From NCBI GenBank assembly GCA_030141605.1, contig JAQGDQ010000317.1:62001-126000 (forward strand): DNA of 64,000 nt, written 5' to 3'. This DNA comes from Tubiluchus corallicola. Its lineage: Eukaryota; Animalia; Priapulida. The position numbers and the translations under genes were made by a program. The notes under the pieces were generated by a model. That model saw only the letters and a program-made list of their open reading frames with translations. It did not search any database and was not told the origin of the DNA. This document shows, one piece after another, positions 52,101-64,000 of the stretch. How positions within the stretch are numbered: position 1 is the stretch's first letter; each line of letters starts with the position of its first letter.

Positions 52101-55100
52101 TAGCAAGTCCCTGGAATGGCTGCAGGCCATGATTTAGATAAAAGTGTCATCAAAAGCACAGAGTAGGCCTATTCTCCTAAATATTCTTTCCAAAGCAAGT
52201 TTGTAGTGGCTTAGTATAGCAGTGAGTTTTGCAGTTATATGGTTAAGTATTGATTAGCTTCAGGAAAAATAGACCTGCTAAATGTTACATGTTACAATGT
52301 TCAGGTTGTCATCTTAAAATGCAATGACTTTACTCCTGTATGGCACATATTATTGTTTTTTCCAAATATGTAACAGGAAAATGCAGAACACACTGGTCAG
52401 TTCATGATCATGTTCATCTAGATTGCACATTGTCCACTAGTCAGATTACTCATGACCATGGCAAGACAATTGCTGAGTTGGCAGACTTTGCTTGTTTAAC
52501 ATATTGTCTTTAACATGAAGAAAGTAGTTACGGAGCCTTGAAAATTACGTATCCCCACTGAGCCCTTTCTCGTTTTTATGTCTTAGTTTAAGTGTGAAGT
52601 GATTTGCATGAGTTTTCAAAACTAAACAGGAGATGTAGATGATAGTCCCATACTGATTGGGTCAAGCCAAGAACAACTGTCGGAACATTCCCAAAGACCA
52701 GTGATAACTCAGCTGAACAACGTGGATTCTTCAAACAATTCTCCAATCTCAAGGCTTAAAGATAATTTGTCCAACCTTATCCAGAAAGGTTCACCCATTA
52801 CCAAAAATCACTGTACTGGTGATTCCATTAACGCATTTGTCATATCTGACAAGGTTCGTATGAGGTAAGTAATCCCATTATTGTTTCTTTTTACTTATTT
52901 TCTTTCCAGAGTTTTGAAAAATCATCTACTTTGTTTGTGTTTGAAACTTTAGTCAATTCAGCAAGTTGACTACTGCTACATGAGTCATCTCTATTTAGTG
53001 TATTGTTCCATAATCAAGTTGGGTTTGTGCAGAAAGATAACCTGCAAAATTGTGTATCTGAACATTCATCTCTATAATCTTGTACACTTGAATTTCATTA
53101 GAGACTTAAAATGTTACTGAACAACGAGTTGTTTTTTAGGCCTACTAGCTTTGGACATTCAAAGGCTGAGGCCCGTGGCTACTTTTTTATGTTTAATGAG
53201 TCCTAGTTTCATTAAGCAATAGATCAGCGTAAATAGGATGAAGTTCCTTAATTTGCCATATCTTAGAAACTTATTATTGGCTATGTGACATAGACGTTTG
53301 TTTCTCAAAAGAAAAAAATTACTTATAATGCCAAAAACACAACATTTTTTGCACAAGATGTTGTAAAAATGACTTACTTGTGCTTAGCCAGTGTTTTCTA
53401 AAACCTGTCAAGTAAAATAAGAAAAAACGTTTTGGAGGCAAAAGCAGTCTGGCATCTTACGAGAGAAACAGTGGAATGCAGTAAAATTAATCTGAACCGT
53501 AAAAATAAGAAAAATCTCTTTTGATTAGTTAATACTACCAACTTTTAAATTCAGAGTCTTCAAGATCTTTGCATTTTTCAGTTGACAACATGTTCATGGG
53601 TTGTTGTTTTTTGTGTTTGACAGACTGACAGTAATGTCATTGTTGTAACTATGGCAACACAGCTTGTATTTCTGTAGAACTTTGGCATTCTTATAATTTA
53701 CACAAATTTTTAATTTTTGGTTTCAGTACTTTCCCAAATTAGCTGGCAACTTACGATATCATTAATTAATCATGATTGTGATTGCCAAAATTTTTTATAA
53801 ACCATTGCGTTTTATTTTACCAATTATTACTCATTACATGTAATGAGTTGAAGAAAGGAGACACTGGAAAAATTGTAGACTAGTCTGGATCCTACTAATC
53901 CACAATTTTTCATTGCCTCCTTTCTTCAACTCATTACCTGCAATGGGTAATAAATTGGTAAAATAAAACACAATGGTTTATAAAAATCCTGGCAATCACA
54001 GTCATATTTGAATTAATGATAGTTAATTTTTTTATTAGTTTCCAGCATGAATAATATGTGACCATTTGTTTCCATACAAACAAAAAATCATTTTTTAAAT
54101 AAACACCACACAATAATATTTATAAATTTATACATTTGAACTGTTCTGTTTTGTAGGAAATGATACCAAAATTATTTTAATAAACTGCTTACTCCTACTG
54201 CCAACACCATTTCCAAAAAAACTGCATATTAAAGTTATGGCCCCAAGTGTCCGCTTTATTTTTCATATCCACTGCTTTGGTTTATATTTACTGGATTTAT
54301 GTTGCACTAAATTTTGTAGGCATTTCTATTCTTTACAATGTTTATTGGCATTCTATTTCATTTACTGCCAGGCAACAAGTTTCACTTCGCATCAAAATTC
54401 TATTTTTCTAGTTTGGAAGTTTTGATGACTGGAACTTTACCTATTGTTTTATTATACAATGGCTGTTCCATTTTCAGGGTTCTCTGGTTTTTAAGACCTT
54501 AATGGCTCACAACTTCACCTTTACGTGTTTCCATATTTTTTCTAAAAATGCTGATCTTTTCTTTATTTTGTATACATTTACTTATGGCCAGTTATGAAAT
54601 AGTATCTTTTCTTAGACGGAAAAAGTATAATGAGAAAGAAGACATAGCTATCATGAAATACATTGTGGAGCACAAACGATACAGGGAAGTAAAAGGCATC
54701 AAACTATGGCGGGACATGGAGGAACTTCAGGCATGTTATTGATATTTTATTAGTTTGACAATGAGTGTTTACTGGCAGTTCTCCTTTATTTATTATGCCT
54801 GCAATCTTGGCTGTGCATAACTTTGGATCCTTCATTTTGGAGGACGATGCTCAAAATTTTTTCCCACTGGGTTACACTGCCCAAATTTTTATTTTAACAC
54901 TATGTACCCCTCAAAAATTTCTTAAAATAACATATTCGAGGATTTAATAAAAATTGATTTCTAGTGTACTTTTCAGCCAATTTATGAGAGAACTATGTGT
55001 ATCGTAAAACACAGTATCTTATATTTTTTAAAAGCCACTGTATTTTCTATCTGTACCAACTTGCAAATGGGTGATTACTGTTTGTTCAAAAATTAAAGTG

Positions 55101-58100
55101 TGTTAGCAAAAATAGTGAATAGGATGTGCATTATATCCACTAGTGGCTGGCTTCACATCTATTTGGATAAATATTTTTATGAAGTTTTCATAAAAAACTT
55201 CTGAGGGTACACCTGCAGATCATAACCTGGAAAAGCAAATTAGTTATCGTCCTTGCTAGATATGTTTTAAACATGTACTGCAAGGCTAACCAGCTAAGTA
55301 TTATGCGAGAAACTATACACGTAAATCTAAAATAACAATTTTATTGTAAAGGTGAAAACTAAAAAGTGACACTTCAAAATTGAGAATTTTTCTCCAAAAG
55401 TACAAGAAGAGAACGGCAACATTGAATGACAAATAGAAATACAGTTCCTCAACATCTGTTATAAATACTATTCTATGTAAAAATATAGGTGTATTTATTC
55501 TGAATATGTTTAGAAAGACATGTGCTAAGAAGTTTTTTCAACGCATTTTATGCTCACTTCACAATTTATTATAATAATCATATTATGTGAAACTTTTCTG
55601 TTGTTCTTTTTTGGATTGTTATAAAGTTAATTATAAACCATAAAGAACTTGCATGACTTTCATATCTAGGCTGAAAATCTGGAATTAAATGTATTTTTTC
55701 TGCTTGAATTAATATTAAAATGGCAAGGTATTCAAGTTCTTACACCAGTTTCATCTAGGAGCTTCAGTAGTTCATTAAAACTAACTAAACAGTCATCCCA
55801 TTGCAACCAGAAAAGACTAAAAAGTTCTGCTGCCAAAAAGATGAGTTTTGCAGCAGGATTAAACAGAGCTAAAGCTGAGGATATGAGGAATGAGTGTTGA
55901 AATCATCTCCATTCTATTTGAGAAAGGCCTATGTTGGGCCTTTCCATTTTTTATTAACTATTGCGGTTACTGGCTTTTCATGTCACTTTCTCAACAAACT
56001 GTTTTTTCATATTGCTAGTTTTGGCTTGCTGTTTACCCTAGCTAACAATCCTCTAAGATAAAATGCTCGACATATGCATCCTTTCCTGCAGATAGGTCGC
56101 AAGCAGCATATTTGATGTTGTATGCACGCAAAATTGCCCCAGAAGTGATTATCCAGGCAGTAGCCTATCCATCACTGTTTAACTTCAGTCGCCTAGTATT
56201 CCATGTTTGGTCAGTTATTCTTGATTGCTAAGTTAATACGTTTAATTAAGATTTTTGGCCAATGTTAGGAGAAATTTCACGTTTCTGGTTGACTCAAAGG
56301 CAAGGTATGATTTTGCAGTATAAAAGTGATACAAGAACTGTGTCGCTTGATTTTTCTAAACATGTGGTGGTGTAGAGTGTCCATCACCCTGTGAGGTTTT
56401 TCCAGTATTAGATTCACGTTTTAGTGATAAAACGTGCTGTAAGTACACAAACTCTTCAAGAGTGAAAAAACTGTTTTAACTTTTGTCTTAACTGTGCACA
56501 ACAGCTTGACTACACCTATAGCAGGTAAGGAACTTCAGTATAGTAGACAACATTTTGACTAACAGGCCAGCTGGATGTGATTTATATCGACCAGCCACAC
56601 CAGGCATACTTAAGCACTTATTATCAATTTATCAATCAAAAGAGTTTTGAGCTGTTATGCCACTGTTTAGAAGAATCGTGCAATAGAACTCTTGTATCAC
56701 TGTTATACTGCAAAATTATATCTCGCATTTAGCTAATCAGATGTGTAGGTTTTTTATAATTTTGGATAAAGTCTTTCATAGATTGAAATAAACATTTAAT
56801 TAAAATAATAAATTAACTAAGAATTGAATAATTTCAGTGTATATCTGAAATGGGTGTTGCATTTATATGTACACTTAATTACTTTGTATGCTTCTTTGCT
56901 TCGTAGTCACATTCATTATTCACTTGTTAACTTATCTGCTTAATGTATAGATGTTTCCTGTATTTAGTTTTTGTGTTTTAACATGCTAGGTGACTATTCA
57001 TAGTGCACAGTCAATGAAAGATCGGTTCAGACGTTACATTTTGCCAGGTCTAGACAATTACAGTATAGATGATAAATGGCGTACACTTTTTCGCCATCAG
57101 TGTACTATTTGTGATGATGCATATGAATCAGGTAATTCAGTATTTAGAATTGCAGTTGGTTGGAATTATTTTTAAAAGTGGTTGTCTTAGTAGTTTTTTA
57201 TGGTTATCTAGTAGTCATCTTGATAAGAACTACAGCAAAATGCTTAGATAAGCCAGGATTTCACTGGGTTCACGATTCCCATAATTATCCAAAAAATTTC
57301 TATTCCAGCAATTGCCAAACATGTTCAAAGGTTCTCCAAATTGCCGTAAAACATTTGTATGTGCTTGTCATGGTTTCTTCAAAAATATTTTAAAATATAG
57401 AAAGTATGTTGCAGAAGTCGCAAAACTTGCCACACCTCACCAAAGCTTCTCCAAGCTGTCATAAAGTTGTCATACCATGCACCAAACCTGTGCGCTTAAG
57501 TCTTCACTTATTCGTGATGTTCGTAATTTCAAAATTTTAAAAATTTGGAGAAAATTTTAAGATGCTTCTGAAAATGCTGCAGTGACTTTGCGACTATTTT
57601 TCAACATTTTAGAGAACTTCAGTTACCCCATCACTTCTTTCTCCGAGAATTCTGTGAAATGGCCCTGAAACAATCTCAGTATGTTCTCATCGAATGTCTT
57701 GCAACATTCGCCTTGTCGCACAAATATCACAGAAGTCGCCAATCATTTGCAAAAATGTGCAGATTTCTTACAACGTTCTCAGTGTTTTCACCCGAGAAAA
57801 AAGTCAGGAATTTGCAAGAGTTAGGCACCTGTTGCGCGAAATTATTTAGAACTTTGTTATGATGACTGATTTGTTAATGTGAATAGCAAATGTTATTTAT
57901 CATGTTAGAATGTTTGAAAAAAATTTCTAATTTTTTTTATTTAGATTCTGATTCAGATTTATCAGACTTTGACATTCGATTGCGAAAGCGAGCAACTGCT
58001 GGTAATGAGTTTTCATTTGCTCTAAATATATTCTATGCTTGACTGCAAGGACTGCCAAGTGTGTCTTGGTGTGACTACTTACTTGTTTTTAAAACTTTAA

Positions 58101-61100
58101 AAGTTTACACACTGTGCTTAAAATTTAATCACTTGCATTTATTTTTTTTACATTTCTTAAGCATGGACCTGACACGTGTATTTTGCTCTACGATTGTTTT
58201 TTACTTCTTTAGGTAGGCGGTTTGCTATTCCATCTGAGTCTGAAATGTCAGATTTTGATGCTGGTATACGTAGTAGAATACGTAAGTATTTTTTACTAAT
58301 AACGTGGAATAGTAATGTATGTAATATGCCGTGTAAGTATTACAGTAAATTATCTATGCTTTTACCCTTTAAAACTTTGCTTGTTGTTACTGTGTTAGGA
58401 CAAAGGGAAATGCTAACTGACATTGTGTTTAACAACTGAAGTTATACAATGCTGTATCTGATCAGTAAATGGATAGGTGATTGCCAGGAAAGCCTTCTGT
58501 ATTAAATAACAAATGTTACTAAGACACAGATGTTTCAGCCGATAGTGAGGACTAGAGGATGTCTTTGATAATGAGCTGGCATCTAGAGTTGCCACAACCA
58601 TACCCTTTGGAATGTATTAAATAACAAATGCTACTAAGACACAGATGTTTCAGCCGATAGTGAGGACTAGAGGATGTCTTTGATAATGAGCTGGCATCTA
58701 GAGTTGCCACAACCATACCCTTTGGAATGTATTAAATAACAAATGTTACTAGGACACGGATGTTTCAGCAGATAGTGAGGACTAGAGGATGTCTTTGATA
58801 ATGAGCTGGCATCTAGTGTTGTCACAACCATCGTCATAACAAATAAATCATGGTGCTGAGTAATACCTATTTGTAGAATGCTAAACTGTGCGTGAAGTAA
58901 AAACAGTGGCTGATTGAATCCCACTTTTCAAGCAGCTTGGTGGAATATATATGTAGTGTGAACTGGTTAATATGAAATCAGTAAAGATGCACATTGGTTG
59001 GTCTTAAGATAGTTGGAAATACTTTTGCGTGTGTGCGTGCGCCTGTGTATGTGTAAGGCATTACTGCAGATCAGCAATGCCGTAGTCTATTCTGTTCACG
59101 CTTTACACTTAATTAAACACTGGGAACATGGATATTTACTACGGTATTGCAAACTTTTTAGCAGCTTTTTCATTTGAGGATTTATTTAGCTGATACACCA
59201 GTATGACAAGTGTTTTCCATCACATTTCTAGACGCTATTATTATACAGTCTTAACTCTGTGGTTCTCAGGCATGGCTCAAAATGCGCTGGCAACAGCACT
59301 CGCACTGTTGTTGGTACATTTATGATGTGATTTTTTTTACTAGCTCGAAAAAATTGCCTATAAAAGCTGGTAATAACGACAAGAGAATTTTATTGGATAG
59401 CAAAAATAGGTGTAGTGGTCAGCTACTAATGCAGTTACTGTAAACCGTAAAATTAATGCATGCTAGAAATGTGAGCAAATTTTGCAAGGAGGGCTCGATG
59501 TAATCATTTCCAAACACAAATTAAACAGTAATAAACTCGGTTAGTGCCTTCTTGCAATGGTCTAACACTTATTAGTAATTTTCGCTGTGCCGGCCTATGT
59601 GTTAATTATCAGGAAATGAAATGCACTGCCTACTTTTGTCGCTTCTTTTTTCTCAGCACTTGGTTATTGACAAATCGTTTGGTGACTAAACATTAAAGTC
59701 AATAATTATGAAAGCAAATGCTGAAAGCAGATTGTCATTATTTGGCCTAGAGACAGTGTTGTTTTGAGTTTTGGGCTTTTTGATTGCCCTAACAAGGTAA
59801 TTTGTTTTTGTCAGATCCTTAATTTTTAACTGAAGCATGCATCTGCGTGCAAAAACTGTGTCCTTGAAAATGTTCTGTTTTTTAAAATCAGTGCTAACAC
59901 AAAATGGAACTTGATTTTAATTTTATAACCTTAAACTCTAAACATATGATCTTAAAAATGATTGTTTTACAGATTTTCACGAGTGAACAATTTGCTTTCC
60001 AAGAACCAAAAGTGTATAAATTATAAATTATCTACATCTGTGATTCGTTGGTAACAAGTAATAACAGTGCAAAATGCAAGCATGATGCGAATTGCACTTG
60101 TAGCTTATAGAAACATTTCCCTTTTATTACGACATCAGTAAGCACAAATAATGAGCTTTTTCCTGCTATTAGGCATTAAGAGAATTTATCGTTTTTTTAT
60201 TTGTTGACTTCTCAGAACTAATTGTATACGTAATGGATACACAAAAAGTTTTTTATCCACTGCCAGTCTGAATTGGAAACTTTTGTTGTAGTTTTTGTAT
60301 GTTTGCCTTTAAACAGGTAAGTGTTTACTCCATTTTTAGATGACTGGATGCCTTACGAAAGCTGTGTCTCAGATAGTGATGTTTCGACTTCAAGTGCCAA
60401 AACTCCAATGGATTACGTGCGAGCTTTACCACTATCTAAAAAAGCATCAAGTGTTAACGAATGCGGTATATTACCGACTGGAGAAGTGTTTGAGACACCT
60501 CCTATGACACAGCCTGTACGACGCAGAAAGATCGTTTATCCTGTGACAAAATCGTACTATCTCCGTCGGACAAAAAATAGGCGGCTACGTACTCCAAAAC
60601 GACAGCCAAAGTGGAATCGTATGGAGAAAAAAACATACAATCTGCGATCAGCATGTTCACCACCTCCTACAATTAGAGAAACTGCAGGAGCAATGGTTAG
60701 GAATATCATGGGACATTTGCAGCTGTTGTATGCTTCTGCATCTATACCTAATATGACTGAAGAGCCTAGTACTTGTCAAGCTAGTAGTCGGTAAGTATTA
60801 CCTCGTTTAGAACTTTTCCATAGATAGCCATAGTTTAGAATTGTTCATTCTTATGATGTAGTTAATGGTAAGATACTGTCTCTCAAAAATGTGACATCTT
60901 ATTTAGCAAGAATCATGTCTTACCTAGAATTGATGAAGTTTAAAGCATGCAAATGTGTCGTACATTTGTTTTTTGGCATAAAAATCAATTTAGGTTTTCA
61001 GCAATTCTTTTGAAACTTTCGTTAGTAAAAGAGCTGTGGCTAGTAATTGAGAAATTTCAAGACTATATGGTCTACATATACATAATCCTTTCATTTTATT

Positions 61101-61491
61101 ATAAATATTAAGTTTTTTATAGCAATTGTAAAATACTTAGTTATGTGAAAAAATGCAATAGGAAAAGTTTGTGAAGATAGAGAAACTAGACTATTTTTTG
61201 TCTTCCAGACCACCAATTGCTTTTCTCTCCCACCACTCAAAATTTCAATTTTGTGTTTTTGCATTCAGTGTTGCATAGTTCTGTGGCTGTTTTACCATAT
61301 TGTCATATCTTTGTTGTCTTAGATATAGGCTATCTAACACACCAGCTACAGTTAATAGCAACAGTAATAACAAGGGCAAAGAAGACCAATTAAAAACTTC
61401 CATAATTGTCTTGGATCGTATTGAAAATGACACTAATGGTAATGCCAACGTAGGGCCTGCGACAGCAATAACATCAAGACAGGATCTCTAA
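46125..61491 (+). CDS. TERF2IP: RAP1/telomeric repeat-binding factor 2-interacting protein 1-like (BRCT + Myb), ~549 aa
   Basis: Exons 46125-46319, 48826-48872, 49561-49668, 50572-50633, 52630-52864, 54616-54730, 56990-57131, 57945-58001, 58213-58281, 60340-60790, 61323-61491 total 1650 nt in frame. BRCT: HSNYLF...MLFYI...HGGGCI...DYVHKCVEQNKLLDIEQFR. Myb: YNEKEDIAIMKYI...VKGIKLWRDMEE...HSAQSMKDRF. Exons after 57131 rest on splice signals and phase only. Confidence 0.8.
49777..50062. repeat. Inverted repeat (MITE-like), ~90-bp arms
   Basis: acttactgtaaaagagaaacatacccatg...ctgatttaag vs cttaaatcagatttgttattcataaattc...catgggtatgtttctgttttacagtaagt. Confidence 0.75.
51433..52035. mobile_element. 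hAT-like MITE
   Basis: TIRs tagtgatgggctga / tcggcccatcacta; 8-bp flanks aatattac and gatattat (6/8 match); ccgatc subterminal motifs. Confidence 0.65.
53757..54021. repeat. Long imperfect palindrome (fold-back), ~128-bp arms
   Basis: tgtgattgcc...taatgagttgaagaaaggag...aaaaattgt is mirrored by acaattttt...ctcctttcttcaactcatta...ggcaatcaca. Confidence 0.88.
58498..58831 (+). repeat. 115-bp tandem repeat, ~2.9 copies
   Basis: Unit tgtattaaataacaaatg...gccacaaccataccctttggaa starts at 58498, 58613 and 58728; near-identical copies. Confidence 0.93.
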
Positions 61492-63344
61492 CATTTCTCA
61501 ATCATTTTTATTGCTAAATGATTCAACTCAAGCGTCAACTAGTTATCATCACCATGATATACTCACTATATGTCACATACATTACATTTTTGTTAATGCT
61601 GTATATTTCTGTGCTGTTATGTTAAACTTAAAAAGTTTTTGTTCTGTTTTTGAAAAAATGTCATCTTCAGATATGTTATAGTCCATTTGTATTATTGAAG
61701 TATGTATTGTTGCCATCACCAGTTACTGATTTTCGTAAAAAAAGCTCCATAGTCATATTAATTATGTATGACTATGTGGCTTAGATATAGTATTTACATG
61801 GGGGGGCAAACAATTTATGCTAGATACTATCTGCATCAAGCCCAAATTAACAATAATGTAAAATCAGTGACATTGAAAACCGAAAAGCATATTTTTTAGT
61901 AGTCCTTACTAGCTGCCACATTATCCTTTTGGCACTAATGAAGGTCGATTCGCCAGAATATAGCTCGTGGACATGTAGATATGAACTATTTTTATCACAT
62001 TCAGCCAGTGAATTGTTTATAGCAAAATTAGGCATTGCAAAAGTAAATAAGCTGTAAATGCTAATTACTTTGTGATAAGAGCATGCAGCAAATTGTTTCA
62101 ATTCCTGCTAAATTTTGCTTTAATTTTTGTTTTTGCAAATATTTAAAAGACCTCTGCAGTTACAGGTGTGCTTACTTTTCAAGTTCAGTAAAAGGACAAA
62201 GTTAAAGCTTCCCCAAGTAGTAAAATCTCTATGCTCTAGATTCCCTACAGAAATCAGACTTCATCCAAGATGCATCTAGAGAGTAGAAACCTTTACTTCT
62301 CTTACTGCCCGAAATAAAGCTTCATCCAAGATGTGTCTAGAGTACAGACCTTTACCGACCTTTACCGACCTTTACCTCTCTTGTTGCTTCATTAAATATG
62401 AATATTTTGGGTTTAGCCCGATGCGATGCTATGGCCAGTATTAAATAGCCCAGGAATTCCAAGAACTGCGTGTATACAACACTATCCCAAACTTGCAAGC
62501 ATTGCATCTCTTCATCCGGAGTTAATTCATGAAATAACAAGTCATTCCATTAGATCTGTAAACATAAACTGGTGAATGCTACCTGATTGACATCGTCAGT
62601 AGTCAGTAACAGTGGCTCATACTTTAGTTGACAAAATACATGAAGTTCTTTTTTTATTTTAGTGAAACAACAGCTTAGAACATCTTGGTCTGTCATTGTC
62701 ACTAGATGCACTGCTAATGATAAAATGAAAATAATACAATTAGGACGCTATTTGTATCTTACGATGCTACACTTTTATACAACTATCATGAAAACCTCCA
62801 TACAGTAGTAGTCAAAATTTATTTTTCTCCCAAAGTTTCATAAATCACATTATCTGTAAAATTGCAATAATCTTTTATCAATTAACAAGTCAATAAAATT
62901 TCTGAAAATATGCTCAGTAATCTGAAAATAGAAGAAATCCGACAAAATCAATTTCATGGAGCTTCTAAACAGAATACAGTGTTACTAATATAAGAAAACA
63001 TGCTACATTATCATATAGATAAGAATAATAAACATAGCTGCCATAATGCTAACAATCTAAAATATTAAGTACATTTATCATCATTCTAAATTTAACAAAG
63101 GATTATTTAGTAAAGAAATAAATAAACGCCAAGCAGGTTTAATAACTAAATACTACATTTTTTCAAATTACTATTGTACACACTAGTTAAAATTTACATG
63201 AAGCAATTTTTATTTCTAAAATTTGACAATTAGTAAAATATATCTGCCTTGGTGACACATTTGCAGCATTTTCTGGTAATATTGTACATCATAATTTACA
63301 TTAACTGCAAAATTTGTAACAGTTGTTTGAACACTTGTAATAAA

Positions 63345-63438
63345 CTACAAATCTTGCATATCTCTTGAAGCATAATTCTGGCACATTCTTGCACCAATTT
63401 TCACAACCTCATCAATGGTGACATCTACCCATACACGA
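63345..63438 (-). CDS. Possible terminal exon of a gene extending beyond the right edge
   Basis: ttcAG| followed by RVWVDVTIDEVVKIGARMCQNYASRDMQDL*; family not recognised. Confidence 0.25.
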
Positions 63439-64000
63439 CTGAAGTTATACATTTTCTAAAATATTCAATCATCCTGTTGTTATTTCAGCTTCACGACATG
63501 GTACGGTTTCATTCCATTTCAAATTTCAGTTACAATTATTACAGTCCCCTAGTTTTTAAAATTGTTTAACTTTCAACTGAAACAGAATGTTGTAATGGTG
63601 ACTTTTCAGTTGCGGATCGGCTAAGCTGTTACAAAGTGTAAGAAGTAGTGTAAATGCTAGAATTTATATTTTACTCCAAATTAATAAACACCTACTAGAG
63701 CTAATAAAAATTAAATGCATAGTTTTTACACTAGGGTACAGTACTGATTCATAACAAATAGTAATATGTCTAACCACAAATATATGCTGTTCTTAAGTAG
63801 TCAACAATCATTAGGCATTTCTGCACTTGGACGCTAATTCGATGTGGAACATGGGACGGAAGAAATTTGTCTACACACTATTAGAAAAACAAACATTTAA
63901 GGCACCAAATGCTTTTTTGTTGGACGGCATAATAAAGAATGAAAAAACTTTTTGGAGTTAATTTTATCACTCAACAGTTGAGAGGAAGGCTGCAAGGTGG

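Noticed and set aside
58498-58831. CRISPR-like array
   Set aside because: Whole 115-bp units are repeated with no unique spacers; eukaryotic intron, no cas genes.
62259-62376. Short direct repeats (cttcatccaagatg..., gacctttacc x3)
   Set aside because: Small local duplication with no evident function.

Overview
AT-rich, intron-containing eukaryotic (animal, probably invertebrate) genomic DNA. Genes were assembled by hand from splice signals and protein similarity recalled from memory: WDR81 (minus, BEACH domain, runs off the left edge), a sphingosine kinase with a single coding exon (minus), NEK2 (plus, 9 coding exons), a compact minus-strand locus with a 65-aa single-TM small ORF followed by an NDUFB1-like ORF, an intronless GMC oxidoreductase (minus), and a RAP1/TERF2IP-like gene (plus, BRCT+Myb). 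Three decayed LINE RT fragments and many MITEs are interspersed. Three observations stand out. (1) A ~2-2.8 kb non-coding element is present twice in inverted orientation around the sphingosine kinase gene, with a third partial copy, and its ends repeatedly abut predicted first exons. (2) A predicted bicistronic smORF/NDUFB1 mRNA in which splicing creates the first stop codon 16 nt before the second ATG. (3) A RAP1 with no recognisable RCT domain. No database searches or alignments were run; boundaries and similarities are by eye.
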